A model generated the notes under the pieces. That model made no database searches, was not told where the DNA came from, and worked only from the letters and a program-made list of their open reading frames with translations. A program made the position numbers and the translations under genes. This document shows positions 24,853 through 41,254 of a stretch of DNA of 63,557 nt, piece after piece; position 1 is the stretch's first letter; every line of letters starts with the position of its first letter. Origin of the DNA: Geosiphon pyriformis uo1 (lineage: Eukaryota; Fungi; Glomeromycota); contig JAAOMT010000466.1 in the NCBI GenBank assembly GCA_016748015.1, positions 26,222 through 89,778 of the forward strand, read 5' to 3'.

Positions 24853-26194
24853 TTATTGACTTGATCGCTTTCTTCTTTTGATGGTTTTGATTGGGATATA
24901 AATTGGAGCATCGTCTTTGCGTTTTTGAGTGTCCTCAATGTCTAGATTCTCAGATGAGTGCTCTGACAGAGTAGATGTTGAAGTCGATCTTGGAGAGAAT
25001 GAGTCTTTGACATTGATTAAAGACAACGATGTGATTGAAATTGGGGTTCGACGAGCTCTATCGTCTTTTCGAATCGATATTTTGATACCTTGTTTGGCAA
25101 AAGCTTTTGAGAGCTCTGTAGAATCTGAATATTATGATTGATACAGTGTAGATGAAAGTTTAACTTTTGAATCATGCGATTAGAAAATTTCGAATAGGAG
25201 ATGGAGGGTAATATTAAATTTTGAAATTATACCAGTCATCCCAGGGAATTTCTTGGCACTATATACCGTAAAGGGCTTTGTAAAAACATCTGCACTTATT
25301 AGAGAAACTACACGGCTTTCAAGGTGCCCGCATCCCCTATGAAAAGAAATGTGAAAATGTCAAAAATATTTTAAGAAAGGAAAAAAAAATGAGCTATTGG
25401 GCAAATTTTTGAATATGGCAAGTGCCTTATTATGGCACTTTTCCAATGGGAAAATTAGTTTTTGGAAAATTCAATGAATTCTCTCGAAAAACTTTACATA
25501 CCCAAATAAATTGCTAGGAAGAGCTGTAAAAGAAAAGTGCAAGGTATATTGACCTTCCGTTCGCACGGATAAATCTTGAAAAATAAAATAAATTCCCCGC
25601 TGACCTTCATGATTTGTCAAAACATAGGCATTCGAATTAATTGATCCGACTAATGTTCGAGTGTGTGTTGGTGAATTTAGAGAAATTATACTGGAATTTA
25701 TGCTCTTTGAATGGTGTGGGATCGAGGCAGGATTAACTACTAATGATCGTTCTTCCTTTTGATTTTTACACCAAAGGTCTGCGTGAACTACGTAGCGCTC
25801 CCAAGGAACTGAGCTATAAAATTAATCAGACATTTATTAGGTAAAAAAAGATTATTTACCGATCTCTTTTGATCATTTACTTCTCGGGAACTGGACTGCC
25901 GTCAGGGTAGGTTATTTTTAATTGAAGAATGGTGGGGGGGTCAATGGGGCGACGATCTTTTTCACCGAACCCACACATTCTTGCACGGATTGGCTGTTGG
26001 CATACTAATAATTTGTAACTTTTTTTTTTGTCGATATGAAAAGAAACAAAATGGTATAATTTATCAAAGTTTTTTAGTTTAAAAAAATTTTACAGGAAAA
26101 AAAAATTCAAAGAAACATACGTGATTGGACATGTTTCTTGATTGGAACCATGTGATCCATGTCCTAATGATCTGTATGGCTCTAACAAATTCAT
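24853..26194 (-). CDS. Velvet-domain transcription factor (VelB-like), 5 exons, 299 aa
   Basis: Exons 26121-26194, 25881-26018, 25502-25813, 25233-25336 and 24853-25124 total 900 nt with GT-AG introns and no internal stop. Motifs: [91 protein letters not shown]-terminal KRRKR. Confidence 0.93.
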
Positions 26195-26942
26195 TTAACG
26201 AATGGTAACAGTTGGCTAATGTGAAAAAAACCATTTTCAGTGAAGGCAAGGATCTTTTTTAGAAACTTTGGAACAATATCCTAAGTCAAAATTCGTTGCA
26301 AAAGCCAGAAAGAAAAGCATGTTCGCAATACCTTAGTGTTTCGAATGAAGAATGACAAAAGGTGATTTAAAAGAATGAGTTTGTCGAAACAAGAATTAAA
26401 ATATTCTATATTCAAAAGAAATTAATGCCCCAGAAATTTTTTTATTTAAAAAAAGTGTCATTTTTATAAGCTAAATTAATTAATTTTTAATATTTGAGAA
26501 TGAGATTTTAAAATTTTTTAAATATATATGTATAAGATTAGACCGAGACTATTAAGTTGCAGTGTCCAAAACCGTGCAGATTGATTGTAGGTTTTTCTTT
26601 GTTCGGACTAAGAAAGTTATTTTAATATGCTAATTAAAAAGCACAGACAAAAGCTTTTATAATTTTTCTAATAATAACCATAAAAACTTTTTTTCAAAAA
26701 AACATTTTAAAAAAAATATCTGTGTAAAAAAGCTGGCACCTAGTTAGGATTATTTGGGAACGGGAAGTTGCATCGATCACAAAATAATCTAAGAATCGTG
26801 TGTGTGAAAGTGATTTTTTCAAGTGACACACATGTCAATTTTAATATCTCCCTTTGTAAGCTAAGATTTGCAAACAATCATGCACAAACGAAAATTATCA
26901 AAAAGCGAAACATCATCATCAATAGTGGTTAGATTTCATTAA

Positions 26943-27061
<119 letters not shown>

Positions 27062-27191
27062 AAAAGGAACTGTCTCATGTACTTTGTAGATTTTTTTTTA
27101 ATTAGAAATAATAATTTTCAACCTTTTAAAAATAAAAAAAAATGATGATGAATGGCTAGAATAGAAGGACCGTTTTTAAGTGAACTACTGC

Positions 27192-27241
27192 CATCATTAC
27201 CATCACCATCACCATCACCATCACCATCATGATCATCATCA
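27192..27241. repeat. (CATCAC)n / (CAT)n microsatellite
   Basis: Directly visible in the sequence. Confidence 0.9.
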
Positions 27242-28744
27242 AAATCGAGTATGCTGAAGACACATGGAAAACAAATTGAATCTGCAGGGTAAATTAATTA
27301 ATTTTTTCATTTCCAAAAAACTTAACTAGTGACCCCAAAAATGGGGGAGATAAAAGTTCCAGAAGAGAGAACTTTTGGACAATGGATAAAAATATTTTTC
27401 CCGGAATTTGGGGTAGTAATAAAATAGACAAGTTTTCGTAAAAATGAATGAAGAACAATATTTTTCACCGAAAAAGGTTCTCTAAGGTTTCAAAAAACCT
27501 AGTCGCAAGCTAAAAAGTATGTAAGAGTGAAATTACACAAAAAAAACTTCTGCATGTAAGAGTGGCGAAAGGGCTGAGGGCCAACAGCCCGTTTTATTAA
27601 TTTAATCTTACCCGTTTCGTAGGTATCTTGGCAAAAGTGATCATAATAATTGGTGACCCGTGAACCATTTTTATAGCGATACTTTATTATTAAAAAGAAA
27701 TTTCCTAGCTACCCGGGTATCAATGTCACAGATGATCAATATAAAATTGATAGAATATATCTTGATGCATTAATAATATGCTTGGTAAAATTAATTATTT
27801 TCTTTCCGAGTTCTATTACTAACAAATTTGGTAATATTTTACGCTTAATTGCCTGATGCATAGTTGTTACCGATACATAACTGGGACCTGTTGTCCCCGA
27901 GTAGTTCAGGGACAAGAACCCAGAAATTCCCGGGCATAAAATGGGATTAAAACTTTCATGAATAATTGATTCTTTGAATAAATAATATAAAAGGCATGTA
28001 TGTGGTATATGAATAATTTTTTGGGCGTTTTATGAATTTAATCCAGGAAATAGCTTTAACCCTATTTCCTTAAAAATTTTAAATTAATTGTTTATGATCA
28101 ACGGATTACTTACTATATTAAATTCTATTTAGGGATTTAAGTTTGATCAGTAAATTCACTATTGTATACCAATTTAGCATGTATCCACCTATTAATTGAA
28201 CACATTTGCAGGGAAATACATTTTTCTTTTAAAACTTTAAAAATTTCAAGTATTTTTTTGTTTGTCAAATGATTTTGAACATTAGAATCATTGAAATATA
28301 TATATATATATATTAGTTTAAATCTCTGCATTATGTAAGTCATGTTCCGGACTGAAAAATACATTCTCTCAATTCTAAACACTAAAGTAATATATTAAAA
28401 AAGAACAGAGAATTCCTTAACTTAATCCATGGTATTAGATTTTAATAGTTTACGTGCGTTTTATAAATAAATAGTTGTATTTGATTAAATCATTACCCTT
28501 CATGTTATAAATTTTACGTTGAATATCGAAGATTAATAAATTTTTAAGGTACAAATATTTGATTTAATACACAAAAAAAAAAAGGTGTTTGAACACCTGA
28601 GATTCTCAAAATGCATATATATATATATATTGATTAATAATAAATTTCAAAATTTTTGGTTTTTTTTTTTAAAAAAATAGTTTCAAAAGAATTAGAAAAT
28701 TTTATAATATCTACTTTTAACATTAGGAAAGAAAATTTTTTTAT

Positions 28745-28774
28745 TTCAATTTTTGGAAATTTCTTTGGATTTGT

Positions 28775-28813
<39 letters not shown>

Positions 28814-28883
28814 GACTATTCAATTTTTGGAAATTTCTTTGAATTTTTATTAAAATATATATATATATATATTATATGACTAT
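28745..28883. repeat. Two-copy tandem duplication of a ~70-bp unit containing (TA)n
   Basis: TTCAATTTTTGGAAATTTCTTTG..(TA)n..TTATATGACTAT occurs twice with different (TA) lengths. Confidence 0.9.
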
Positions 28884-29577
28884 ACAATTTAATAATATGA
28901 ATTATTAAATTGAATATTGTTTTCTTTTGTTCAAATCTATATAATAACTAGATTTTAATTAAATTGATGAAGTTTTGAACACATGAATCACAAAATCTTT
29001 TTGCAATATAACCTTAAATATTTATATATATTAGAAAAAATTTTTAGAATGAAAATATATGCGTTACTATCAGGGGACGAATATGCAAAATAATAAAAAA
29101 TGTCATAATGAATATATGTCATAATTTAATATATTGCATGAATGATAATTTATTTTCGTTGTTTATTTTATTGCATTCTAAAAAAATACCACAATAAAGC
29201 TCTTTCCTCATGAGGTCATAATTCACGCATCACATTTCCAAAAAGGTCAATGAAAAAATTCGGATAAAAATGCTTTCATCTGGTTTAATATAGCAAGTTT
29301 TTTGAGAATCGCGGTAATCCTTCTAAATTATGAAAAAATAAATATTATTAAGTGACACCTTTTTAAAACCGGAATAAATTATAATTTTAAAAGCACATTG
29401 ATGTACTATGCATTAATAAATTTTTCTATTTTATTCTATTTCAAATGAAAATATACTTTAGTAACCAAAAATGGGCTAGTTAAAACATATTTTTTTAAAT
29501 CTTGACGTTTTGTTTCAAAAACTTTTTTAGGAAATTCCTTTTTGTAAAAATTTTTGAAACAAGTTTTGCTTTATTAA

Positions 29578-29578
<1 letters not shown>

Positions 29579-29614
<36 letters not shown>
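29579..29614. repeat. (GATT)n microsatellite
   Basis: About 8 GATT units. Confidence 0.9.
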
Positions 29615-29615
<1 letters not shown>

Positions 29616-30999
29616 CGATGGATGAATGGATTTAAGTTTGATAAATAATTAGGTTTTATATTGTTTTTATTCTTGTTTATTTGTAATTTGAATTCTATTA
29701 TAGCCATTAAAGCTTTGATGTATAATGAAAAAATTTTCAGTTATTCACCTCTTATTATGACTAGAAATTTCTTAAAAATAAAAAAAGTGAGGTGATTAAA
29801 TAAATTTCCAAAATTAAAACAGCTATCTGACAAAAAAATTTTGATTGTATCAAAGTAATATTCCTTCATATATATATTGAATATTGTTTCGAAAAAAGTT
29901 TAATATATAAACATACAAGATACATGTACTTACACATTTTTTTATTAATTATGTCTGCACAATATTTGGAAAAAGTCAATAAATTCTTTTAATAACCAAA
30001 AAATTATCGAAATTTTGATCAAAGATTTTTTATAAACAATGTTTTAAAAAACTTTTTTATGAGGCTAAAGATCTGTTTATTTTCTTAAAATCTAGTTAAA
30101 TAAACTCTACTTATAACAATTATGTTGAAATAATCAGAAAATGTAAATCATTAATTAAAAGAATAATATAGAACCTTTATCCTGATTTATAAATAGAAAA
30201 ATGACGAAAATTTAGTATTTCTGAATAAATTGTAACATAAAGCGATATCTTTTTCTATTGTTTGTTTTTAAGTTCATCAATAATATTCATTATTCTAATT
30301 GGACCATAAGTCAGTTTCAAGACATGTATCAACCAAAAATTGATTATGCTAGCTGCAAAGGTCGCAGCACTCTCATACAGTAGCCCATTTTTTGAATTGT
30401 TTCCTCAAAAAATATATTGTGAATATGACTAATCCACTTTAAACAGAATTTGTTTAAATGATCTTTTTTTTGCTATGCAGATATCCAAAAAAATTACTTT
30501 AATGTATATCTAAATATTAATCTATTTAATTCCATTTTTACTTGATAAGAGCTTTTTTATACTTCGTAAGCAAAATCTCTGTTTTTTTAAGCTTCAAACA
30601 AATTAAAATTCCTATCTTAAATCTATTACTCTTCAACTGCAGTATCCAAGTTAAACGGGTAATTTTTTTATAACCTAAACAATATTTGATATTATAGGAT
30701 ATTCTTCAAAAATCCCTGCAATGAGCCTTTCTTTAAACGGAAAACCAAGACTTGAAATGATAATCCTTGTTCAAATACTAGCTATTTTAAAATATTTGAA
30801 TTATATGAAACTTGTTTTGTAATTGTAATTTTTATGGTTTTTAATATATATTCCTTCTTTCTTCTTTAAATGAAAATTATGAATAATAATAATTTATCCC
30901 TTTTTGAGGTAAAGAATATTGTAAAATAAATAAATTGCTCGATAAAAATTGAATTAAAAAGATAAAATCTCTTAAAATTTTATATAAATTTTATATTAG

Positions 31000-33900
31000 A
31001 TGTAACCATTTTTGTTTGATTGTTATTTTTCAAATATAATTGATGTTGAAATTATTTTTAATTGCAATTTTATTTTCAATTATAAAAATAATTTTTATTT
31101 TAATTTATATGTAATTCTAAAGTTTTTTGTAATGCTTATATTTCATTAATTGGTGTTGCTAATTTGTAATATTGTTAGAATTTATTGCTATTCACAGATT
31201 CATTTAATCGATTGTAAAAAACTTGAAAACTTGTTTTTATATATAGATTTTTTATTAAGCTAATATTTTAAAACAATTTAAATTAAAACAAATTTTTTTT
31301 TTCAAATCAAATAATAAAAAGAAAAATTATTGTATTAACTAACTACTTTATTTTATAGTTTTTAATTAAACACTACTTTTTTAAATATTTGACTAACTGC
31401 TTATTGATTATTCAAATCTTTTTAGAAATAAATATTATTAAACAGCTTTTATTACTATTAAATTTTTTTTAAATAAATTATTACTTTATTCAAATTTATA
31501 ATAGCTTTCAATAATAATATTTTGTTAACTATTCAAAATATTTAAGCTGCTTTTGATTAATATAATATTACCACTTTTATTAATTTTTTCAAGATTTTAA
31601 AAGAATTTTTAAAACTTTTTATAATATTATTTATAACTAGATTTAAGAAAGTTTAAAAACTTTAATTTTAATATTTAAATAAACAATAAAATTAAAAATG
31701 CATCTAAAACCCCAAAAAAATTGAAAATTAATTAATCTTGTGTTTTTTAAACTCTTTTGTATAAAAAGAAATTTTACTTTGCATATAAATATTAAATTTG
31801 TTGATAAAATTAAAATAATTAATAAATGCAATAAAAAATATAATTTTTTTCTAATTTTAGCTTTTGTTTTTCAAATTCAAAATTCGAATAAAATGTTAAT
31901 AAATTAATAAATTGTCAATTTTAGTTAATTATTAAAAATATTGACTAAAGTTGTTAATGTTGTAAATACATTGGCTATATTTTTTTATCAATTTGTTTAA
32001 AATAAAAATTTAATTAAACCAATTTTAATTCCAATATTCACGTATTAATATTGAAACTAATAGACGCATTTTTTTAAAAAAAAACAAAATTTAATTTAAT
32101 TTTAATTTTATTTAATAATAATAAATTTATAGAAATTTCAGTTTATATAATATTTGAACAATAAATAACTTATTTTTCATTAATTAAAATAGGGTTAAAA
32201 TTTTAAATTTTTTTTGGTAAATTGGAAATTCAAATAATAATTAAAAATACAACCTTTTTACTAAAAACACAAAACAAATTTCGATCAAGAATATTTTAAT
32301 TGTATTAAAAAAAGATCACTTAAGAAAAACAAATGTAATTAAACAGGTATTTAAAATCTAATTAATTTATTTAAAGTCTTATCCATGCAATTACTATAAT
32401 AACAAGTTTATTAAAAAAAATAAAGCCAATAAAAACTTGTATTTATACAAAAAATTAAAAATAAATAGGTATTTTCAATAATAATAATATGCAAAAAAAA
32501 CTTTATTTTTATGTATTAATTACGATTGGTACTATACAAATATAAACCGAAAATTAACTTGAAATTTTAATATTATTTCATATTTTGTATTAATAGTTTT
32601 ATTATTAGTTATATCTGATTTGTGTAATAATGTGCAAGTGTAATTAAATGTTACAATTAAATTATGTCTTACTAAACTATATCACAATAAAAGATTGCCA
32701 AAACATTATTAAAATTTTTTATAATTTGTTATAATTACATTTGTTTTAAAAAAATATAAAATTTTTGTGAAACTAATAGTATTCATTCTCAAAATAGTAT
32801 TATTTAGAAATGTATAAAAACACTTTTTTTTCACAAAATGTATTTTAATTAAAATTTAAAAATTTTTATATTTAAAAATAAGAGTTTTAAAATAAAACTT
32901 AAAAATGTTTTACAGTTAAAGTTATAAATTTGTTAACAAAAAAATTGATTTTAGAAAGCTTGCAATATACTCTTACTAATTAAGAATTTAGTTGCTTCTA
33001 TATAATAGCATTTTAAATACACAATAACTTCAATATTTAATAATCTAGTTTTTTTTTCATTTTAAAAACATTAAAAAAATTATTAAGTAATTTAAACTAT
33101 TTTTTAAAACCAGTCTTTATTGTATCAAAAAATACAATAATATACATCTTTTTTAATTTTTGAAAAACAATTTTTATTAAAAGGTTTTACGAAAAATTAT
33201 ATAATTAATGTTTAAAAAAAATGCAGATAAAACCAATTTTATTATGTGAGAAAAAAGAAATAAAATTTTGATAAAATAATATAATAAAAACTATAAAGTA
33301 ATTAAACTAAGAGCAAAATTTAGTTTATAATTTTCTTATTTTTTAAATAATTCAAAAAACACTAAACAATAAAATATTTATTAGTTTTAAACAATGTCAA
33401 TTTTTATTTATTTTAATAAAAAATAAAAAAAAACTTTACATCTAAACATATTAAAAAATAGAAAGTGCAGTTTAACTTAAAATTATAAAATGCTATTACT
33501 GAAATTGCTGTCTGTTTGCTGAAAGTTTTAATTCTTTGAATTTTAATAATTTTTTTTCTATTATAATGCTAATAAAGCTTTAAATAATTTTTAATATAGT
33601 AAAATAATTTAATATTTAATTATTTAAATAATTATTATATAAATTCTACAGGTTTACTTTTATTAATCCAAAATTTATTTATGCTAAAACAATTGTTTTT
33701 AAGATTTTTTGAACAGTATTTAGTGATAAAAGATCTTTGATATAATAAATATTATCTTAAAAAATTACAACCAATTTAAAATCAAAATAGGTTTTTTAAT
33801 AATGAATTTTACTTTTCATTTTTTTAATTTTCTATTAGTTTTACAAGTTGTTATTTTGAATAATTAAATTATTTTTATTAAATCATTAAAATATTAAAAA

Positions 33901-36900
33901 AATTTACAATTTTAAGCTTTTTTCTTTTTTAATTTTTATAATTACGACCAAATTAAATACTACTTTTTTTTATAGTAATTAAAAAACAATTACTTAAAAA
34001 GCATTATTAATAATAAAAACAGCTAAATAGAATATGATAAAATGGTTTTATAAATAAAACAACTATTAGTTAGTTTATAAACACTTTTTTGTTTTTAATT
34101 AAAAGTTTATTTTCTGTTAAAGTTTTCTATTAAAACCAGTTTTGGTATTAATTGTAAAAAGCTCTAAGTTTTTAATTCTAAACTAATAGTCAAGCCATTA
34201 TTTTTTATTGTTATCTTTAATATTATTTTCAAATAGCCAAAAAATATAGTCAAAAAACAACTACCAACTCTTATCTTATTAGAAATAACTAAATTTAAGA
34301 AAAATAATTTTTCAAAATTTTTAAATCTTTGATATTAAATTTTTTAAAAACGTTAAATTACTATTACTGTTTCAAATTTTGCTTCTTTTTTTTTAAGTTA
34401 TAAAAATTTAACTTTTTATTTTTTTGGTATTTTTATCAATTCTGTATTATTAACATTAATTAAAATAATTTGTTTAGATTTAACTGTAAAAAACAACAGC
34501 TATAATATATTTATTAAGATAAATACAAATTAACAAATAATTGTGTTACTTAATATAACTATTTTAAAAAGATTATTATTAATTAAAAAATTAAACAAGT
34601 TGTTTTTTAATACATATTTTTAATTAATTACATTATAAAATTATTTAACTTAAAAATTAGATTATAATATAAATTTTAAACCTATTTTTTTTTAAAATAT
34701 ACTGTTAATTTTATAATATATAAAATACCAATATTAATTCTCAAAGAAATTTTAAATATGTGGTTTTTATTTAGATGTTTAATATTTTTATAAGATTATA
34801 TTTGCTTATATTAAAACTGTATTTTAGCTGTTATCTAATTTTATTAATAGTAAAATTATTATTATAGTTAAAACTTTATATTATTTATTTAGTTATTCTA
34901 TTTTTAAAAGTAATTGCTAATATAATTATTAATTTAATCAATAACTTAATCAATAACTTAATTATTATCTTAATTTTTAATCAAATTATTACTGTAATTA
35001 TTAATTTGATTATTGATTTTTTTAAGAATATATAAATAAAATTCTTAGGAATATAAAAATTTATTCACACTTAAATTAATTAATTTAAATAAAAATTAAT
35101 ACAATAATATCAATTTTTTTTCTTTTTTTTATGTTTTTTCTTTTTTTTTCTTAATTTGTATAATTTACTAAAAAATACAACCATTATCTATTATTAAATT
35201 ATAAAAATATTGAAATAAAACACATAATTATAACAGCTGATTTTTTGTTAATAGTAAAAACTTTTAAATTTTTTTGTTATTTTTTGAAAAGAATAGTGAT
35301 TAGAATATTTATAAAATTAATCTTGCAAATTAAGTTCTTACAAATTTAATTCACTTATTAAGTTGAATTATTTTTTTAATTATTTTTATTTTCATAAAAT
35401 ACTGTTTTTTTGTTAATTATTAGCAAATTATCTTTAATTATAATATTATTAAGATTAAGTTTTTTATATAAAATTGCATTTTAAAATTTTTTTAATATTA
35501 TTATTAAAAAATACTTTTAAGTATTTAGCAAAATTAATATTATTAAATTACTAAATTTGTTTCTGTTTACTAGTTAACTTTAATAAAAAGATATTTTTAA
35601 AATAAAATTAATAATATAATTACTTAGATATATGATTAAACATATTTTGTTTTGTAATTATCTAATTACATTTATTATTAAAAAGCTATTATTGTTTTTT
35701 TAAGTTTTAAAAATTTTTGAATATTACTGTAATTAATACTAATACTTCAAAAATTTTGTATTTAATAAAAAATGTTTAAATATTAATATAATTTGAATTT
35801 ATTTTATAAAACTGCTTTTTTTGCTTTAGCTAAGCTTATTTTTAAGCTACTTATTATGTTTAATATTGTGATAAATTGTTTTATTAATTCAGTTTTTTAT
35901 ATATAAACTATTATTTAATTTTTTATGTTTTAATTTGTAATACTTAATAAATATTTTGTATTTAGATTAGATTTTTACAAAATTTTAATACAATTAATAA
36001 TGAACCAATTAATTTTTTGTAATATAAAACTATTTATTTATTGGTTATTAAAGACAAATCCAATGTAAAAATTAGTTTTTTTTAAAATTCCAAATTGAAA
36101 AATTTAATAATCTGTTTGTTAATTTAATACATATTAATAAAATAAAAACAAAATACATAATGTAAATAAGTTTTTAATAAGTAATAATACATTAATTGTT
36201 TGTTGGTTTTATAAAATTTGCAAACTATAAGATAATATTTAACAAAAAAAACAGAATTTGATTGAGTAAATATGTTTAAAAAATATTGATGCAAATTATT
36301 TTATTAGTAAAATAGTTGTGAAAAACAATTTTTGGTTTTTAAGTTTGTTTAGTATAAATAGTTAATTATGTTTATTATAAACTTATATATAATAGAAAAT
36401 TAAACTTAATTAAGTAATAAAAAATTTGATTAATAGCAAAAATTTTACAAATTTAATTTAACTTAATTGAATTTTATTGAACTGTTTAAATTTACTTAAA
36501 ATGCTTAAATTTTGCTTGAACTAATTAAATTTTATTAAAATTCTATTGTTACATATTTTGAAATATTGTATATGATTTACATATAGAATTTATTTACTCT
36601 TTATAGATTTTTAATTTAATATATAATAATTCTTTTTAAATTTGTAATGCACTTCTATCCAAATAATATTCAAAATAATTATTAAACATTTATAAACAAA
36701 TTTTTGAAATTTTAGTATTTTTAGCTTTAAAATTTAACATACTATATATTTTTATATATTTAATGTAATATTTAATTATCTAAACTAATTTAAAAAAATT
36801 TTTAATTAACAAAAATGCTGAATAAAAAAATAAAGAGTTAGTAATTATAATAAAATTTTTAATCAACAAAAATATCTAAAAAAAACCAAATTATTATTAA

Positions 36901-39900
36901 TTTGCTTTTTAAAAAACTAATGAAAATTGGTATTATTTCATGAGGAAAAATTATTACAAATAATATTAATTTAATTAATAACTTAATTGTTAACTTAAAT
37001 TATTAATTTAATTATTATCCTTTTGGAGTTTAAAATTTTTTAACTTCAAATTTGTTATTTCTTTTAATTTAAAAAGACGAAGATGATTTTTTACTACAGC
37101 TCAGAATAGTTAGCTCAAAATAATATTCAAGTAACAATACATAAAAAACATTATGAATATTAAGATATTCAGACAATTTTAATTCATAAAAAACTGAATT
37201 TATTTGCCGAACTATTGAAAAAAATCTTAGTCTCTTATAGTTTAATTTTTCACAAAACTTAGTTTTTTTGATATTTCAATATAAAGGTCATATTTTTTTG
37301 TCTATTCTAAATATTAAAGCTCTTTCTTTTTATTTATCTGTTTTTTATTTATATTTGAAATTCAAATTCTCTTGAATTTTTTTGTTTAGATAATGTGGTT
37401 TTTAGCAAAAAAAATTAATATTTCTTTAACTATTGAAAAACTAAAATATATATTTTATTTGTAATTAACAAAAAATGATGTTATTGTATGCAAACTCTGT
37501 TAATAACAATAAGTTGAGCCAATTATCTTGTTAATAATTAACCACAAATATTGCTCTAAGATTTAAGAAATCTATTCAATTTGACTATTGGTTTAAGAAT
37601 AGAAAGAAGATCTAAATGTTTAAGAATATGAAACAAATTGCATTTCATAATTCAAACTATTTTATCTGGAAAACTGTAAAGTTTAACAATATTTTGAAAA
37701 ATTGATTAGGTAGTGTTCTCAAAAATTATAGCTTTTGTACAAAATATAAAATAATTATTTTGATTAATTAATTTACCACAACAAAAATAAGTTTTTCTTA
37801 TTTATTATAAACAAATTTTTTATAAAATTTATTAAAATAGATTTCTAAAAACATTCTAAAATAAATAATAAATGTAACACTCCAAAAGATTTTTAAAGAA
37901 AAACTTTAAATCTAAAACAAATATTACAAAATTTTATGTAATTTTTAATAAATTAACACTGTTATAGCGACTATTAATATTTTTTACAACCAATTTGACT
38001 ATTTTATTGACTTTAAAATGGCCAATACGTCAATTATGGTGATTTTTTTATTTAAACTTTGATAGAAAACCAACAATAAGAAGATTATTTATTGTATTCT
38101 AAGTTTATATATTTGTAATTATAAATCTTTTAATTGTTTTAAAAAGTTCTAAATTTAAACATACAATTAAAATAGCTGCAATTTTGAATTGTTTAGACAT
38201 TAATAAAATTATTTGTTTTTAATTATAAATTTTCTTTTTTTTAGGTTTAAATTCTGAGCAATATAAAAAAACATCTATTGTATTCTATAATATATAAGAA
38301 TAATAAGAAATCACAAAATTAAAATCAGTCATAAGAATAAATTATTAAGCTTAATATTAATTAAACATTCTAGTTATTATAAAATATTAAAAGTTTTTAT
38401 AATTAATTTTCTAAGCAAAAAACATAAATGTATAAAAAATAAAAAAGTATAAACATTTAGTAGATCCAAACTATAATAATAATGCTGCCATAATGCCAAA
38501 ATTTTTATTTTTATTGTATATAACTTATTAAAATCAACATAAATTAAATCAAAAACTATAATAAAAACTTTTTTTAAAACTTAAAATATAATATTAACTT
38601 GTAAAATTCACTTAAATATTCTATTTTTTTATGTTAAAATTATTAATAGAATGGTAATTTAAGATAATCTAATAAAATTTTCAACATTTTTTATATAATA
38701 AGATGTTATTTTAAAACTATTTAAATTTATAAAATATCTTCTAAAAAAAATATATACTTTAAAACTTAACTTAAAATTAATTAAATTTACATCTTTTTAA
38801 ATTGGTATATAATTTGTATTGTCTTAAATATTTAAAACTATATATATATGTTTTTACAATTTTTTTAATTTTTAAAATAGATTAAAATATTGTTAAAATA
38901 ACATATTACAAAATAATTCAAATAATATTGTTTATTAAAAATTAAAAAACAATATATGTATTTATTAATCCAAATAATATTATTAAATATTAAAAATTAT
39001 CATAATATGTTCAAAAGACTATTTTTAATTTATTTTTTAGATTTATATTAAATTATAGACATTGCATAAATTAATTTTTATAAACATCTAAGTTGTACAT
39101 AATTAATCCAAAAAATAAAATATTAAAGTAATAAATAATAATTTTTATTATAATTTAATTAAAGTTTTAGTAGTTAATACACAACTTAAGAAATTATTTT
39201 TTTAATAAAAAATATTAAATCATTTGCTAAAAATCTTTGCAAATCTCTAATATTTAAATAATAATTTACACTTTAATTTTTTATCTGTTGTAAAAATAAT
39301 AGAATAAATTAGTTAAAAAAATTTAAGAAACAATTGATATATTAAAAAAAATATCCTAACAAATTTTTATTGGTATTATATTTTATTCTAAAATATTGGT
39401 TAATTTAATTGTGTAAGTTTTCTAATTAATTATTAAGTTTTTTATTTAATAATTTCTAGAAATAAGTTATTAATAATAACTTTTAATAATATATAATAAT
39501 ATTTATTTATTATTAGTATATTTTATATATTTGTAAATTTTTATTACTAAAACAAAAATAATGTCAAACTTAATTTAAAAATCTAAAGCTTAAAAAAATA
39601 ATTAAAACTTAAAATAAAATTAAATATAAAACAAAAAATTTTATTAAAACCAAAATTACTATTAAATACTTAGCAAAATTCAAAACTTATTATAACAAAG
39701 CCTATAGAATTTAAATTAGAATTTTTAATAAAAACTAAATTTACAATTTTCTGATTTAAGTTATTAACAAAATTTTGAAAACATAAAACAAAAGCTAAAT
39801 ATCTAAATACATAGTTTTTATTGTATTTAATTTAGTTATTTTTTAATTTTATTTAAAAACCAGTTATTATAACAAAAAACATTTTTAATAACTTTATTAA

Positions 39901-40150
39901 GAGTTATTTACTTAATATAATTGACAATAAATTTTACACATTATTGTAAAAACCAAAATCAAACTAATTAATTAATAACTTTTTTTTTAATTAACATTGT
40001 ATGTAGTTAGTGAAATTCAATAACATATATTGTTACAAAATAATTTTTTTGACAAATATAATATAATTGGTTAACCAAAACTTAAGTTTTATTTGTATTA
40101 CCAAAAGTTGTCTTAAATTCTGATTAAAAAGCAAACTAAGTAAGAATTGT
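31000..40150. mobile_element. Long tract of AT-eroded transposon relics, family unresolved
   Basis: Very low GC with almost no CG, CC or GG dinucleotides, the same texture as the identifiable LINE relic at 58740-61400. Contains copies of two dispersed repeats. Confidence 0.45.
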
Positions 40151-41254
40151 TTCTATGAAAATTAGTTAATAAGTTTCTAAATTAATTAGGTAATAATGAG
40201 AATAAAGTTGAATAACAAACCAAATCTGATTGATAAAATCCTAAATTTTTTTAGGCAATTGATTTTGAGTTTGAAAGCTATAAACTAAGTCGAAAATAAT
40301 TTAATCTACTTTTAACTAGACAAGAAACTTCTGTAGATCGGTATTTTTCTACTGAATTACCTACAAAGCTTGCATGACTTTAATATGAGTAAATAAAACT
40401 GTTATAAAAAAACAAGAAGAACTAATAGAACTATATAATAGATAAATAAATAGCTAATCAAAAAATAGTTATTCATTAATCTAATTTTTTCTTATATATC
40501 TGAATCTTTCTTCCAAATCTTAATATTTTACAAACTTGAAACAATAGTTGGCCTAGTTCTTGATATAAAAGTATATGATTCTGAAAAATATTTGGAAATA
40601 TAATTGAAATTGCTATTATTATAATAATATTAATAATTCAATGTTTTATAAGAAAGTAAAATTTTTAGAGGATTTTAAGCTTTAAAGTAAATTAAATATT
40701 TAATAACAATTATTCATTTATGTTAATAGTTTTATTAGATTATTTTTTCGAAAATGAAAAATGAGATTTTAAAAGAACAGAGCAAAAATAGAATCTTACT
40801 AATAATTTGAAAACCATTTTCAATTGTTTTCTGCTGAATAATAGAAATTTCAATCACAGTCAATAAAACGAAACTAACTTGATATCAAAACATATTGGTT
40901 AATAAAAATATATATTCTTTAAAAAACTTTTACTTTTTTCGTGTCTTTAATATTTATTCAAGCATTTATTATTATTATTATTGCATCATAAAAAAGTAAA
41001 CCAGCTTCTAAAATCTATATTTTAAGGTAGCAGTATCCATTTTAAAGATTTATTTCTAATGCTGTCAGCTAAAGAGCATTTATAGTTTTAGCCTGTAATA
41101 AACCTAAGCTTTAGAAATAAGAAGTTGTTTGATAAAGTCTCTTTTAAGGTTTTTTGATATCTAAATAGAAAAGCGTTATTCTTTTGACTTAATTGGAGGG
41201 GGCTTAGACACACAACCTTCAGACAGTGTATAAATAAATTAAATAAAAGGAAAT

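Noticed and set aside
24929-25141. Plus-strand 70-aa ORF
   Set aside because: It is antisense to the last velvet exon.
27192-27241. Poly-histidine coding tract
   Set aside because: It is not within a supportable ORF or exon, so it is treated as a microsatellite.
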